DNA from: Elusimicrobiota bacterium
GTDB lineage: Bacteria > Elusimicrobiota > Elusimicrobia > UBA1565 > UBA9628
Direction: 5' to 3'
Assembly: GCA_044450965.1 (NCBI GenBank)
Contig: JBIOJO010000006.1
Location: forward strand, 22,459 to 86,458
DNA: 64,000 nucleotides
Below are positions 45,312 to 54,143 of this stretch, piece after piece. Numbering within the stretch: the stretch's first letter is position 1; each line of letters starts with the position of its first letter. A program made the translations under genes and the position numbers. The notes beneath the pieces are model-generated. The model did no database searches. It worked only from the letters and a program-made list of their open reading frames with translations, and had not been told where the DNA came from.

Positions 45312-47720
45312 GTGAACCAGGCCCTCCCCATAGGGAATTTTCGCGAGAAGATCGTGTCCGAGCTTCTGCGCGCGGGTGCGTTGATCCTGTCGGCGCCCAC
45401 CGGCAGCGGTAAGTCCACCCAGATGCCCCAATACATACTGGGGAGGGTTCAGGGTAAGATTCTGGTGCTGGAGCCGCGGCGCTTATCGGCGCGCAGCCTC
45501 GCCTCGCGCGTGGCGGTCGAAACGAAGACGAACCTCGGCACGACGGTGGGTTACCAAGTGCGTTTCGATAGTCGCGTCGGTCCGTCGACCCAGGTCATAT
45601 TCCAGACCTGCGGTGTGTTTCTTTCCCAGATGCTGCGCGATCCGTCGTTATCCGGCATCGGCGCCGTGCTGCTCGACGAGTTCCACGAGCGTACGCTTGA
45701 ATGTGATTTGGCGCTGGTCTGGCTGAAAAAATTGCGCGAAAAGAATCGTACGGACCTGAAGATCTGCGTCATGTCCGCCACGCTTGAGGCGCAGGAATTA
45801 ACGAAATATCTTCCCGACGCGGCGCGGGTCGACGTGCCGGGGCGGTTATTCCCGGTGGACATAAGACATCATCCGTTAGGCGCCCGTGAAGGCGTCGCCG
45901 AAGGATCGCTGGCGGCGCTGAAAAATCTAGCGCGCGAAGGTCTAGACGGGTCGGTGCTTATCTTCATGCCGGGCCTCCGCGAAATCCGCCGCACGATGTC
46001 GGTCCTCTCGCCGTACTGCCGCGAGGAAGGCCTGGAGCTCCATGCGCTGCACGGAAGCATGGATCTGACCGAGCAGCAAAACGTATTAGACACTTCACCG
46101 AAGCGCCGCGTGATCGTCTCCACCAACGTGGCGGAAACGGGCCTCACCATCCCGCAGGTCACCATGGTCATCGACAGCGGCCTCCACCGTTTAGCCGCCT
46201 ATGACGCGGCCCGCGGGATCAACACGTTATATTTGTCCCGCATCAGCCGGAGCAATGCTTCCCAGCGTTCCGGCCGCGCGGGCCGCACGGCGCCGGGGCG
46301 TTGCGTCCGCCTGTGGTCGAAGGCCGATGAGACGGGTATGGCCCCAAGTCTAAAACCGGAGATCGTGCGTCTGGAACTCAGTTCCCTTCGTTTGGAAGCG
46401 GCTTCATTACCCGAGGTCGTGGATTGGGTCACATCCCCTCATGAGATGGCTTGGAACAGCGCCGGGCTCTCTTTGAAGTCGTTGGGGGCCTTGGATGACT
46501 CCGGTCATGTGACCAGTAAAGGCCGCGCTCTCCTGCGTTATCCGGCCCCTCCGCGCGTGGCCTCCGTCCTGGAAGCGGCGCAGGCGATGGGGTCTTCCGC
46601 CTTTGAACGGGCCTGCGCGATGGCCGCGGTCTTCGACTCGTCCGGCGACCGTCGCCCGGACCAGGCGGCGGATCTGTCCGAACTGGGCCGTGACCTGATG
46701 GCGGGCTCGCGCGAGGAGTTGTCCTGGGAGGCATCCGAAGCCTTCAGGCAACTCAAGCGTCTATACAAGGAAGACCCCTCTCCGGACGCGCCGGCGGAGG
46801 CATTGTCGCGCGCTTGGCTGGACGCCTTCTCCGACCGCTTGGCGGCGCGCGAGGGTGAGGGGTCGTTCTACCGTCTCGGCGATGGTCGCGGCGCGTTGCT
46901 TCCGGTGGAGAAGAATCCCCCGCCATTAATATTGGCGCTGGATATACGGGAGCGCGCCGGCGGCGGGCAGTCGCGGCAGGTGAACGTGAGCTTGTTCATG
47001 CCGTTCACCCCCGAGGCGATCCAGAGCGCCTTCCCCAAGGAATGCGCCTGGACGACGGTGTCGGAGTTCGACGAGCGCAAACAACGCGTCATCAAGGAAG
47101 ACCGTCTGGTCTTCCGTGGCCTCGTCTTGGAACGGCGCGAGCAGGCGGCGCGCAAGGACGACAAGAAGATCGCGTCCGATCTGTGGGCGGAGAAATTCGC
47201 CTCCGGCGAGCTGAACCACCCGGGCTACGACGACAAGGTGAAGCAGTTGGTGACGCGCATCCTGCTCGCGCGGCGTCTCTATCCGGACATGGGTTTTCCG
47301 GAGATGGGCGCCGACGACTGGCGTCTGATCTACGGCGAGGTCTGCGCGGGCCGTAACTCCCTCAAGGACATCGAGAAAGTGAGCCTTCTCCCCCACATCG
47401 AGGGATACGTCGGACCGACGCTGGCCGGCTTCTTGGACCGCGCTCTGCCGCCAACGAAGAAGTTGCCCTCAGGGAAGTCCGCCCGCTTCACCTATCATGA
47501 ATCGAATCCGGCGGAACTCTCGGCGCGCTTGGGCGACTTCGTGAAGATGACCGGCACGATGAATCTATGTGAAGGCAGGTTGCCGGTGTCCTTCGATATC
47601 CTGGCGCCGAACTACCGCACGGTCCAAAAGACAAAGGATTTGTCGTCGTTCTGGGCCAATACCTATCCCACGGTCAAGAAGGAACTTCAGCGGCGATATC
47701 CGCGGCATCCTTGGCCGTGA
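45312..47720 (+). CDS. hrpB: ATP-dependent DEAH-box helicase HrpB
   Basis: GTG start. SAPTGSGKST, DEFHER, and a full-length 802 aa with an HrpB-type C-terminal domain. Confidence 0.9.
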   Translation: MNQALPIGNFREKIVSELLRAGALILSAPTGSGKSTQMPQYILGRVQGKILVLEPRRLSARSLASRVAVETKTNLGTTVGYQVRFDSRVGPSTQVIFQTCGVFLSQMLRDPSLSGIGAVLLDEFHERTLECDLALVWLKKLREKNRTDLKICVMSATLEAQELTKYLPDAARVDVPGRLFPVDIRHHPLGAREGVAEGSLAALKNLAREGLDGSVLIFMPGLREIRRTMSVLSPYCREEGLELHALHGSMDLTEQQNVLDTSPKRRVIVSTNVAETGLTIPQVTMVIDSGLHRLAAYDAARGINTLYLSRISRSNASQRSGRAGRTAPGRCVRLWSKADETGMAPSLKPEIVRLELSSLRLEAASLPEVVDWVTSPHEMAWNSAGLSLKSLGALDDSGHVTSKGRALLRYPAPPRVASVLEAAQAMGSSAFERACAMAAVFDSSGDRRPDQAADLSELGRDLMAGSREELSWEASEAFRQLKRLYKEDPSPDAPAEALSRAWLDAFSDRLAAREGEGSFYRLGDGRGALLPVEKNPPPLILALDIRERAGGGQSRQVNVSLFMPFTPEAIQSAFPKECAWTTVSEFDERKQRVIKEDRLVFRGLVLERREQAARKDDKKIASDLWAEKFASGELNHPGYDDKVKQLVTRILLARRLYPDMGFPEMGADDWRLIYGEVCAGRNSLKDIEKVSLLPHIEGYVGPTLAGFLDRALPPTKKLPSGKSARFTYHESNPAELSARLGDFVKMTGTMNLCEGRLPVSFDILAPNYRTVQKTKDLSSFWANTYPTVKKELQRRYPRHPWP

Positions 47721-47889
47721 ATCTGTGGCGCATGTCCAGAATTATACCGACCGCCTAGGTCGGCCTTTCCCCGGTTTGACCCCGCCCGCCTACCATGGCA
47801 AAGTGCTGATTCCCCTGTTACAATTCGCGAAATGATCGAATCGCGGCGTCGAGTTATACAGATCAGTCGAATTGAAAGTTAGGTGTACT

Positions 47890-48180
47890 ATGCGATTTTC
47901 AAAAATGATCGGCGGACAGATGCTCCTGATCGCACTCGCGGCAATCAGCTTTGCGCAATTTATTCATTATCCGCATGCCCAGCTGAGGCCGTCAGAGCCG
48001 CCGTATGCACTGTTCAAATGCCTCTGGTGGGGCGTGTCTGCATTGCTTGCTGGAATTGGATATTGGACATGGACTAAAACAAGGGAGCCGTGGTTGAAAA
48101 TTGCACTCGCGACAATTGGTATCGGGATCGTCTGGTCTTACGCAATTTGTTTCTTATGGATAAATACGTACGGGACATGA
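47890..48180 (+). CDS. small membrane protein (96 aa), unknown function
   Basis: ATG preceded by AGGTG. Three hydrophobic helices. Lies in a lower-GC stretch. Confidence 0.5.
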   Translation: MRFSKMIGGQMLLIALAAISFAQFIHYPHAQLRPSEPPYALFKCLWWGVSALLAGIGYWTWTKTREPWLKIALATIGIGIVWSYAICFLWINTYGT

Positions 48181-48286
48181 GACACCTAACATCGGCTAGA
48201 GCGGACGGCGGCCTCGGGTGGGTGGATTCGGGTAACCGCCGCCGCTCAGCCTGGCGTTCAGGCGCTCTTGAAAGGGCCTCCTGCGA

Positions 48287-48315
48287 TTGACCAAATAGGA
48301 TAAATAAGGTATAAT
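48287..48315 (+). promoter_or_regulatory. near-consensus sigma-70 promoter of brnTA (TTGACC-N17-TATAAT)
   Basis: TTGACC at 48287-48292 and TATAAT at 48310-48315. The ATG is at 48327, only 11 nt after the -10. Confidence 0.6.
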
Positions 48316-48324
48316 ATCTATACC
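48308..48324. promoter_or_regulatory. inverted repeat GGTATA-N5-TATACC overlapping the brnTA -10 (candidate operator)
   Basis: Read directly: GGTATAATATCTATACC. Confidence 0.4.
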
Positions 48325-48326
48325 AC

Positions 48327-48587
48327 ATGCTTTTCGAATTCGACGAGCGCAAAAGCCAGTCCAACAAGAAGAAGCACGGCATCGATTTCGCCGAAGCGCA
48401 GGAACTGTGGGACGACCCGGAGCTATTGGAAATCCCCCTCAAGAGCTTCGACGAGCCCCGCACCTTATTGATCGGACTCATTAACGGCAAACATTGGTCG
48501 GCCATCATCACTCATCGCCAAGAGCGCACCCGCATCATCTCCGTTCGGCGATCTCGGATCGAAGAGAGAGAACTCTATGAAAGCTAA
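48327..48587 (+). CDS. brnT: BrnT-family toxin (DUF497 ribonuclease toxin)
   Basis: FEFDERKSQSNKKKHGIDF and IISVRRSR are typical of BrnT. Overlaps the antitoxin by 11 nt. Confidence 0.8.
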   Translation: MLFEFDERKSQSNKKKHGIDFAEAQELWDDPELLEIPLKSFDEPRTLLIGLINGKHWSAIITHRQERTRIISVRRSRIEERELYES

Positions 48588-48804
48588 AGACCTGGACAAG
48601 CGATTCGATGCCGGAGACGACATCTCAAAGCACCTCGACCTGGCCCGCGCCAAGCGGACCAACGAGCAGCCGAAACGCGTGAATGTGGATTTTCCGGCAT
48701 GGATGATCCATTCTCTCGATAAAGAGGCCAATCGTTTGGGCGTCACCCGGCAGTCCATCATCAAGGTGTGGATTTCCGAACGCCTGAACAACCGCCACGC
48801 CTAG
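48577..48804 (+). CDS. brnA: BrnA-family antitoxin (RHH/CopG-like)
   Basis: 75 aa. C-terminal VNVDFPAWMIHSLDKEANRLGVTRQSIIKVWISERL ribbon-helix-helix. Confidence 0.75.
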   Translation: MKAKDLDKRFDAGDDISKHLDLARAKRTNEQPKRVNVDFPAWMIHSLDKEANRLGVTRQSIIKVWISERLNNRHA

Positions 48805-48815
48805 ATGGAGAGAAA

Positions 48816-49574
48816 TTGAACCAAGCAGACACCGACACCCCCATCAAAGTCGCCGAAGTCACTCTCGTCTTCTGGATCATCAAGATCTTCGCCACCACCC
48901 TCGGTGAGACCGCCGGCGACGCCGTCTCCATGTCCATGAAGCTGGGCTACCTGACGGGCACCGCCATCTTCGCCGCCATCTTCCTCATCGCCGTCGCCGC
49001 CCAGATCCGCGCCAAACGCTTCCGCCTCCTCCTGTACTGGACCACCATCATCGCCACCACCACCGTCGGCACCACCATGGCGGACTTCGCCGACCGGTCC
49101 CTGGGCATCGGCTACACCGGCGGCACCGCCATCCTCCTCGCCCTCCTGCTGACCTCGCTCTACGTGTGGCGCCGCACCATGGGCACCATCTCCGTGGACT
49201 CCGTCAGTTCGCCGAAGGCGGAGTTGTTCTACTGGGTCACCATCATGTTCTCCCAGACCTTGGGCACCGCCTTGGGAGATTGGACCGCCGACAGCGCCGG
49301 ATTCGGCTACTTGGGAAGCGCCGCCGTGTTCGGCGGCGTCCTGGCCGTCATCGCGGCCTTGTTCTATTGGAGCAAGATCTCCCGCACCGCGTTGTTCTGG
49401 GCCGCGTTCATCGTCACGCGCCCGCTGGGAGCCGTCGTGGGAGACTTCTTGGACAAGCCCCTGTCCGCGGGCGGATTGAACCTGAGCCGCTTCACCGCGT
49501 CCGCCGTGCTTCTGTCGATGATCGCGATCTGCCTCATCGCGTTCCCCCACCGGGCCGCGCGAAAGGCGCACTGA
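48816..49574 (+). CDS. membrane protein with internally repeated TM units (COG4705-like)
   Basis: TTG start 5 nt after GGAG. An alternative GTG at 48768 overlaps brnA. Repeated FWIIKIFATTLGETAGD / FYWVTIMFSQTLGTALGD units. Confidence 0.65.
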   Translation: MNQADTDTPIKVAEVTLVFWIIKIFATTLGETAGDAVSMSMKLGYLTGTAIFAAIFLIAVAAQIRAKRFRLLLYWTTIIATTTVGTTMADFADRSLGIGYTGGTAILLALLLTSLYVWRRTMGTISVDSVSSPKAELFYWVTIMFSQTLGTALGDWTADSAGFGYLGSAAVFGGVLAVIAALFYWSKISRTALFWAAFIVTRPLGAVVGDFLDKPLSAGGLNLSRFTASAVLLSMIAICLIAFPHRAARKAH

Positions 49575-49580
49575 CGACGG

Positions 49581-50282
49581 CTAGCCCCGACGGAAGTCCT
49601 TGATCTTCACGACCTCGTCGTGAGGTATCACCGGCCGGCCGCTGTGCTTGGTTTCAAGCAGGAAATGGCGACCCTTCGGGAAAGCCTCCCGGAAAAGATT
49701 GATGTGAAGCGGTTCGTTTTCGAAGGACGCCACCACCGTTCCCATTTGCGCCAGTCGCCCCAGCACTTCCGTCTTGAACGCCAGGTCGGGCGTATCGAAT
49801 CGAGGCTTCAATACGAGTTTCACCGATGTCCCATTGGGCTCCGGGAACCCGTGCTGCGTGAAGGACTTCTCCGTCCCCTCGCGCATGCCTTCATCCCGTC
49901 CCGTGACGTAAACGATGGACCCGCCCCGCGCCAGAACCTCGCCGCAGTACGCGGGCGCGCCCGGAACGACGGTATCTTCCAGCAGATACTTGTTCTTGAA
50001 GAACCGCGCGAACCAGAAATCCTTGAGATCCTTCACCAGCTTTTCCTCGACCCCGGCCGCCTTCGCCGTGTCCGTGATCGCGTAGCGCAGCCGTTCCCGC
50101 TCGATCGCCCGCAGAAGCGCCGCGCCTTCCGGCGAGCGGCTTTCCACCAGATCGGCGTACTCCTTGAGGATCTTCAGATGCCGGTCGGCCGTGGAGAAGA
50201 GAGTATCATCCAGATCGAAGACCACCAAGGACCCGGGCGCGGCAGTGACGGCGTCCAGAACCGCGTCGAGAGGGTGCTTCAT
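49581..50282 (-). CDS. HAD-superfamily phosphatase-like protein
   Basis: Internal Met of ORF 49581..51176, 233 aa by counting. Motif I VVFDLDDTLF, later YVTGRD. Confidence 0.7.
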   Translation of the reverse strand: MKHPLDAVLDAVTAAPGSLVVFDLDDTLFSTADRHLKILKEYADLVESRSPEGAALLRAIERERLRYAITDTAKAAGVEEKLVKDLKDFWFARFFKNKYLLEDTVVPGAPAYCGEVLARGGSIVYVTGRDEGMREGTEKSFTQHGFPEPNGTSVKLVLKPRFDTPDLAFKTEVLGRLAQMGTVVASFENEPLHINLFREAFPKGRHFLLETKHSGRPVIPHDEVVKIKDFRRG

Positions 50283-50284
50283 CG

Positions 50285-51619
50285 TCACGCTTCCAGCGTG
50301 ACCTTCGTGTTCTTCGGCGTGGCGTTCCACAGCGTCGTCATCAGGATCGCCCCCATCAAGGAGAACGGCATGATCGCGTAGGACCAGATCCCCCAGCCGT
50401 GCTTGTCGATCAAACCGCCCAACAGGAAGCCCGTCAGCCCGCTGGCCAGATACTGCACCCCGTCCAGCAGTCCCGCCACCGTTCCGGCCGCCTTCGTCCC
50501 GCCGAAGTCCATGGATGCCGTGCCCGACAGCATCCCGTGCACTCCGAAGATCCACGTGCAGCTGAAGCCGATCAGGAAGCAGGCAGTGGCCGGGTCGTGC
50601 GTGCGGCCCAACGCGAACACCGACGCGATCTGCGCCAGGTAGAAGATGAAGGCCACCGGCGCCCGGCGGCTCTGGAACAGCTTGTCGGACATCCAGCCGC
50701 ACAGCAGCCCGCCCACGATGCCCCCCACCGTGATCCCCGTGGTCGCCAGGGAGAAAAGGCCGGAGCCCGGCGTCACCCCGTGCACTTCCTTGAGGAACGG
50801 CACGAACCACAGCATCAGCCCCTGCCGCACGAAGCCCGTGCAGAATTCCGCCGCCGTCAAGGTCAGGATGATCTTGTTCTGGAAGACGTGCGTGATCAGG
50901 TAGGCCAGGTCGATCGGCTTGTCCTTGTCGGCGTGCTGGCTGGTGGCGTCGCCCGTGTCGATGTTCTTGTGCCCCGCGTCCTTGGGTTCGTCCGCGATCA
51001 GGAAATAATCCGCGACCAGCATGACCGCCACCGCCACCGACGGCACCAGGAACACCATGTACCACGGGAAATTGGCCAGGATCCAGCCGCCCACCGTCAT
51101 GGCCAGGAAGTAGCCGGAGCTGATCATGATCCCGAAGATTCCGCCGAACACCCCGCGCTCGCGCACGTGGAACCAATGCGAGTTGACCTTCACGATGGAC
51201 AGCGCCCCGAACGACTGGAAATACTGGTTCACCGCGTACAGAAGGGAAAGGCCCACCAGGACCTTCGTCTGCCAGCCCGCCAGGAATAGGAGGCCGATGA
51301 TCAGATTGAGCGTCGCCGTTCCCGCCGCCGCGATCAAAATGGCGCGGCGTCCGCCGAAGCGGTCCGCCAGCGGCCCGTTGAAGATCACGGCCAAGGCGTA
51401 CGTCCAGAAGCCAGCCGTGGCGATCGTCCCGAACTCCGCCTTGGAGAGCGAGAAGTTCTTCATGATGGTGCTGGAGGCCACGTTCAGGTTGTAGCGCCCC
51501 ATGTAGAAGGTCGCGTACGTGATTCCCAGCGGGAACCAGTTCATGAAACGGCGCTTCCGGAAAAGCGAGGAGTGGACCGGAGCGGCGGGCGCGTTGGCGT
51601 CGACGGTGGCTGAGCTCAT
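50285..51619 (-). CDS. MFS transporter, organophosphate:phosphate antiporter-like (GlpT/UhpC type)
   Basis: Internal Met of ORF 50285..52273, 444 aa by counting. 12-TM layout. N-terminal GRYNLNVA and DRFGGRR motifs resemble the OPA family. Confidence 0.8.
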   Translation of the reverse strand: MSSATVDANAPAAPVHSSLFRKRRFMNWFPLGITYATFYMGRYNLNVASSTIMKNFSLSKAEFGTIATAGFWTYALAVIFNGPLADRFGGRRAILIAAAGTATLNLIIGLLFLAGWQTKVLVGLSLLYAVNQYFQSFGALSIVKVNSHWFHVRERGVFGGIFGIMISSGYFLAMTVGGWILANFPWYMVFLVPSVAVAVMLVADYFLIADEPKDAGHKNIDTGDATSQHADKDKPIDLAYLITHVFQNKIILTLTAAEFCTGFVRQGLMLWFVPFLKEVHGVTPGSGLFSLATTGITVGGIVGGLLCGWMSDKLFQSRRAPVAFIFYLAQIASVFALGRTHDPATACFLIGFSCTWIFGVHGMLSGTASMDFGGTKAAGTVAGLLDGVQYLASGLTGFLLGGLIDKHGWGIWSYAIMPFSLMGAILMTTLWNATPKNTKVTLEA

Positions 51620-51636
51620 ATCGGGATTGTAACCTG

Positions 51637-52815
51637 TCAGTGGCGCGGCTTGGAATAGGCCTTCAGGGTGTCCAGCGGGACCGTGTAGGCCGAGTCCCAC
51701 AGGTGCTTCTGCACCGCGGCCGCGCGCGCGGCCATGACCGGGTCCTTCAAAACGATCTCCAGATTTCGCGACTCGTCCAGATAGCCTCCGGTCCAGTTGC
51801 TGGTGCCCAGCCACATCACCTTGCCGTCGAACACCGCGTACTTGGAGTGCGCCACCCGGGCGTACGGGATGGGCCCCGCGGACGCCTCGGGAATGGTGAT
51901 CACGCGCGCCTCCACGCCGGGAAGGACCGCCAGGCTTTGCAGGCCCGTCACGCCCGGCTCCTCCGTGCCCCAATGAGAGACCAAGATCTTGATCTTGACC
52001 CCGCGGATGGCCGCGTCGCGCAGGGCGTTGTCGATGGCCCCGTAGAAGCGGCGCGGGCGGCCGAAGGTCTGCGTGAAGTATTCCAGGTTCTGCACCAGGA
52101 TCTCGCTCTGCGCCTCGCCGATCAGCCGCGCCAACTCCTGCTCCGAGTCCCCCACTCCCGCCGGGTTGTGACGCCAGGGGCTGGCCACCAGGTAGGCCCG
52201 GCCGGAGCGGTCCGCCTCCGGGCGCGCCGTGTTGACCGGAGCGGCGGGGTTCGTGGACGCGGCGATCGCCCAATCGTGGTCGAACACCGACTGGACCTTG
52301 GCGGCCACCGGCGCGTCGTCGATGGCCAGGCCCATTTCATGGATATGCTTCAGCGAGCGCCAATCGTAGTTCTGGCTGCCGACGAACGCCAGGTCCCGGT
52401 CCACGATGAAGAACTTCGCGTGGATGATCCCCGCTCCGGTCAGCCCGCTCCACTCCGCCACGCGCAGGTCCAGGCCCGGCATGGACTTGAGGCGGGCGAT
52501 GCCGTCCAGGGAGTTCTTCTCGAACTTCTTTTCCAAAACCACCCGGATCTTCACCCCGCGCTTGGCCGCGCGCTCCAGCGCCTTGAGCGTGGGCTCCAGC
52601 GGCTCGCCGGTGGAGGGCGTCACGTAGAACTGCTCGATGTCCACCGTCTTCCGCGCCTTGTCGATCATCTCCGGCCACACGTCCAGCGCGCGGCGCAGGT
52701 CGGGCTCCTGGAGGGTGGTATCGACGGGATAGGAATACACCAGCTCGTAGCCGGGCACCTTGACGGCGGCGTGGGCCGACGAGGCGAGAAGGACGAGAGC
52801 GAAGAAGTTGATCAT
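51637..52815 (-). CDS. secreted phospholipase D superfamily protein (two HKD motifs)
   Basis: Internal Met of ORF 51637..53097, 392 aa by counting. Signal peptide MINFFALVLLASSAHAAV. HKD motifs HAKFFIVDRDLAFVGSQN and HSKYAVFDGKVMWLGTSN. Confidence 0.85.
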   Translation of the reverse strand: MINFFALVLLASSAHAAVKVPGYELVYSYPVDTTLQEPDLRRALDVWPEMIDKARKTVDIEQFYVTPSTGEPLEPTLKALERAAKRGVKIRVVLEKKFEKNSLDGIARLKSMPGLDLRVAEWSGLTGAGIIHAKFFIVDRDLAFVGSQNYDWRSLKHIHEMGLAIDDAPVAAKVQSVFDHDWAIAASTNPAAPVNTARPEADRSGRAYLVASPWRHNPAGVGDSEQELARLIGEAQSEILVQNLEYFTQTFGRPRRFYGAIDNALRDAAIRGVKIKILVSHWGTEEPGVTGLQSLAVLPGVEARVITIPEASAGPIPYARVAHSKYAVFDGKVMWLGTSNWTGGYLDESRNLEIVLKDPVMAARAAAVQKHLWDSAYTVPLDTLKAYSKPRH

Positions 52816-52919
52816 GGGCGATCTCCAGGATAGGAAAAAAATCCGGCGGGTGTGTGACGGCGGCAAGACGAATTCTCCGCGACTGTCTTTGACGGCAGTC
52901 GTTTTGTGGATAAGTTCCG

Positions 52920-53519
52920 TCACGGAGCGTCTTCCAGAACGACGTCGAGGCCGGAGAGGAGCGCGACCGCTTCCGGCAAAGACACGCGGGTCTTCTTCAT
53001 CTTGGTCTGGCGCGCGTCGATCAGATAGTCGAAGGCGCCGCGCAGGTCGGCGGCGGACAGGTCCGCGCCGAAGAAACGGGAGCCCAGCAGGTCGCACTTC
53101 GTGAAGATCGCGCCGCGCAGGTCGGCCTCGGCGAAGTCGGCGTCACGTACACGACAGTCCACCGCGGAGAAGCGCGGCAGTTTGAGATTGGAGAAAACGC
53201 CGGAGTCGAGCACGCAATGGTTGAACGAGACGTCGTCAAGCGCCGTCGTTCCGGCCCAATTGATCCCGCCGAGCCGGCAATTTTTGAACGACACCCCGCG
53301 AAGCCGCGCTCCCGTGAGCCGGGCCGCGGTCAGGTCGCAATGTTCGAATCGACAATCGGTCAGATGCCAACGCTTCAAGGCCGCGCCGGAAAACGTGCAG
53401 CCCTTGAAAAAACACGAATCGAATTCCAATCCGTCGATGGCGTGCGCGGAAGCATCGACGTCCGTGAACGTTCGATCGCGGAACGCCGTTCCCGCGGGGA
53501 ATGTATGAACCGTGCTCAC
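52920..53519 (-). CDS. pentapeptide-repeat protein (Qnr/MfpA-like size and layout)
   Basis: GTG start forms a GTGA overlap with the lipB stop. 199 aa of A(D/N)LxX-type repeats (CDLTAARLTGARLRGVSFKNCRL...). Ends ...LPEAVALLSGLDVVLEDAP. Confidence 0.8.
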   Translation of the reverse strand: MSTVHTFPAGTAFRDRTFTDVDASAHAIDGLEFDSCFFKGCTFSGAALKRWHLTDCRFEHCDLTAARLTGARLRGVSFKNCRLGGINWAGTTALDDVSFNHCVLDSGVFSNLKLPRFSAVDCRVRDADFAEADLRGAIFTKCDLLGSRFFGADLSAADLRGAFDYLIDARQTKMKKTRVSLPEAVALLSGLDVVLEDAP

Positions 53520-54142
53520 GCCGCGCCGCCCGTCGACGTTTTGCCGAAGTATTCCAGCATTGCCTCGCCCAGGCGTTTGGTCAAGGCCTGCTCGTCCACC
53601 GGGGCGCCCAAAACTTTCTGCATGCTCGTCATCACGTCGGACTCGAGCTTGCAGGGGTGGATGAGGCGAAACGGCGCCAGGCTGTTGTTCACGTTCAGCG
53701 CGAAGCCGTGGTAGGTCACGCCCCCCCGGACGGCGACGCCGATGGACGCCAACTTCTTTTTGCCCACCCATAATCCGGTGAAGCCCTTCACCGTCTCGGC
53801 CTCCACGCCGAACGGGCGTATCGCCTCGGTGAGCACGGCTTCGAGCGCATGAAGGTAGGAGCGCGGGCGCAGTCCGTGCTCGGAGAGCTTCAGGATGGGA
53901 TAACCCACGATCTGCCCCGGACCGTGGTAGGTGAGATCGCCCCCCCGCTCCACCTTGTGGACGGGGTAGGGCAGACCCTCGGGAATGGCCTGCTTGCTGG
54001 AGCGCCCGATGGTGTAAACCGCCGGATGCTGGCAGAGCAGCACCGTGTCCGGCGCGTCGCCTTGGCCGCGCTCGAACACCAATTTCCGTTGGAGGTTCCA
54101 GACCTCGACGTAGTCCTTGAGGCCCAGATCCCGGACCAGCAT
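53516..54142 (-). CDS. lipB: octanoyltransferase LipB
   Basis: 208 aa. LLCQHPAVYTIGR, KVERGGDLTYHGPGQ and GLWVG-KKLASIGV motifs. Confidence 0.9.
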   Translation of the reverse strand: MLVRDLGLKDYVEVWNLQRKLVFERGQGDAPDTVLLCQHPAVYTIGRSSKQAIPEGLPYPVHKVERGGDLTYHGPGQIVGYPILKLSEHGLRPRSYLHALEAVLTEAIRPFGVEAETVKGFTGLWVGKKKLASIGVAVRGGVTYHGFALNVNNSLAPFRLIHPCKLESDVMTSMQKVLGAPVDEQALTKRLGEAMLEYFGKTSTGGAA

Positions 54143-54143
54143 G

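Noticed and set aside
47721-48815. Calling the low-GC islet a mobile element
   Set aside because: No integrase, transposase, tRNA target or flanking direct or inverted repeats could be found by eye. Only the compositional anomaly and the toxin-antitoxin content are reported.
52831-52850. Run of seven T (minus strand) upstream of the PLD gene as an intrinsic terminator tail
   Set aside because: No complementary GC-rich stem precedes the U-run on the minus strand.
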